Both the position numbers and the translations under genes were made by a program. The notes under the pieces were generated by a model. It was not told the origin of the DNA, did no database searches, and was given only the letters and a program-made list of their open reading frames with translations. From the IMG/VR virus record IMGVR_UViG_3300032277_002183, positions 147 to 64,146 of that record: 64,000 bases of DNA. The stretch is one strand, 5' to 3'. This document shows, in pieces, positions 63,999 to 64,000 of this stretch (its first letter is position 1; every line of letters begins with the position of its first letter). Origin of the DNA: a virus (taxonomy: Duplodnaviria > Caudoviricetes).

Positions 63999-64000
63999 AC

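Noticed and set aside
1-64000. Possible additional avoidance of CCCGGG
   Set aside because: None was seen among ~26 CCCGG sites, but the expected number is small and the rarity of the GGG codon could explain it; needs a computed test.
1-64000. tRNA/rRNA genes, CRISPR array, stop-codon reassignment
   Set aside because: Intergenic gaps are too short, there are no repeat-spacer arrays or cloverleafs, and genes read through in the standard code using TAA, TAG and TGA stops.

Overview
This is a 64-kb internal segment of a large, AT-rich, gene-dense dsDNA tailed phage, probably with a long non-contractile tail. I see no ribosomal genes, tRNA, rRNA or CRISPR array. The + strand block (1-40.7 kb) encodes a DUF1501 protein cut by the window edge, PhoH, and recombination and replication genes: RecA/UvsX-like, dUTPase, DnaB, DnaG-type primase, dNMP kinase, a Cas4/AddB-like exonuclease, SSB and a small sigma factor. 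Its DNA polymerase III alpha (DnaE) is split into two intein-free genes, with a small ORF and a DnaQ-like exonuclease between them. A 23-gene, ~19.6-kb glycan synthesis and modification cluster follows (gmd, fcl, many glycosyltransferases, a GT10 fucosyltransferase, a sulfotransferase, methyltransferases, a DegT-like aminotransferase), then a homing endonuclease and a Rad52-like gene. A bidirectional terminator at ~40.7 kb separates this from the - strand tail module (40.8-64 kb). That module holds a tape-measure protein with four copies of a conserved motif flanking inserted domains, a 2850-aa propeller/stalk protein, two tail-tip candidates and a Cys/Pro-rich repeat protein. On a manual read the window contains no CCWGG site. 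The host is possibly Planctomycetota (inference, mainly from DUF1501). All product calls come from motif recognition by eye; no database search was run.
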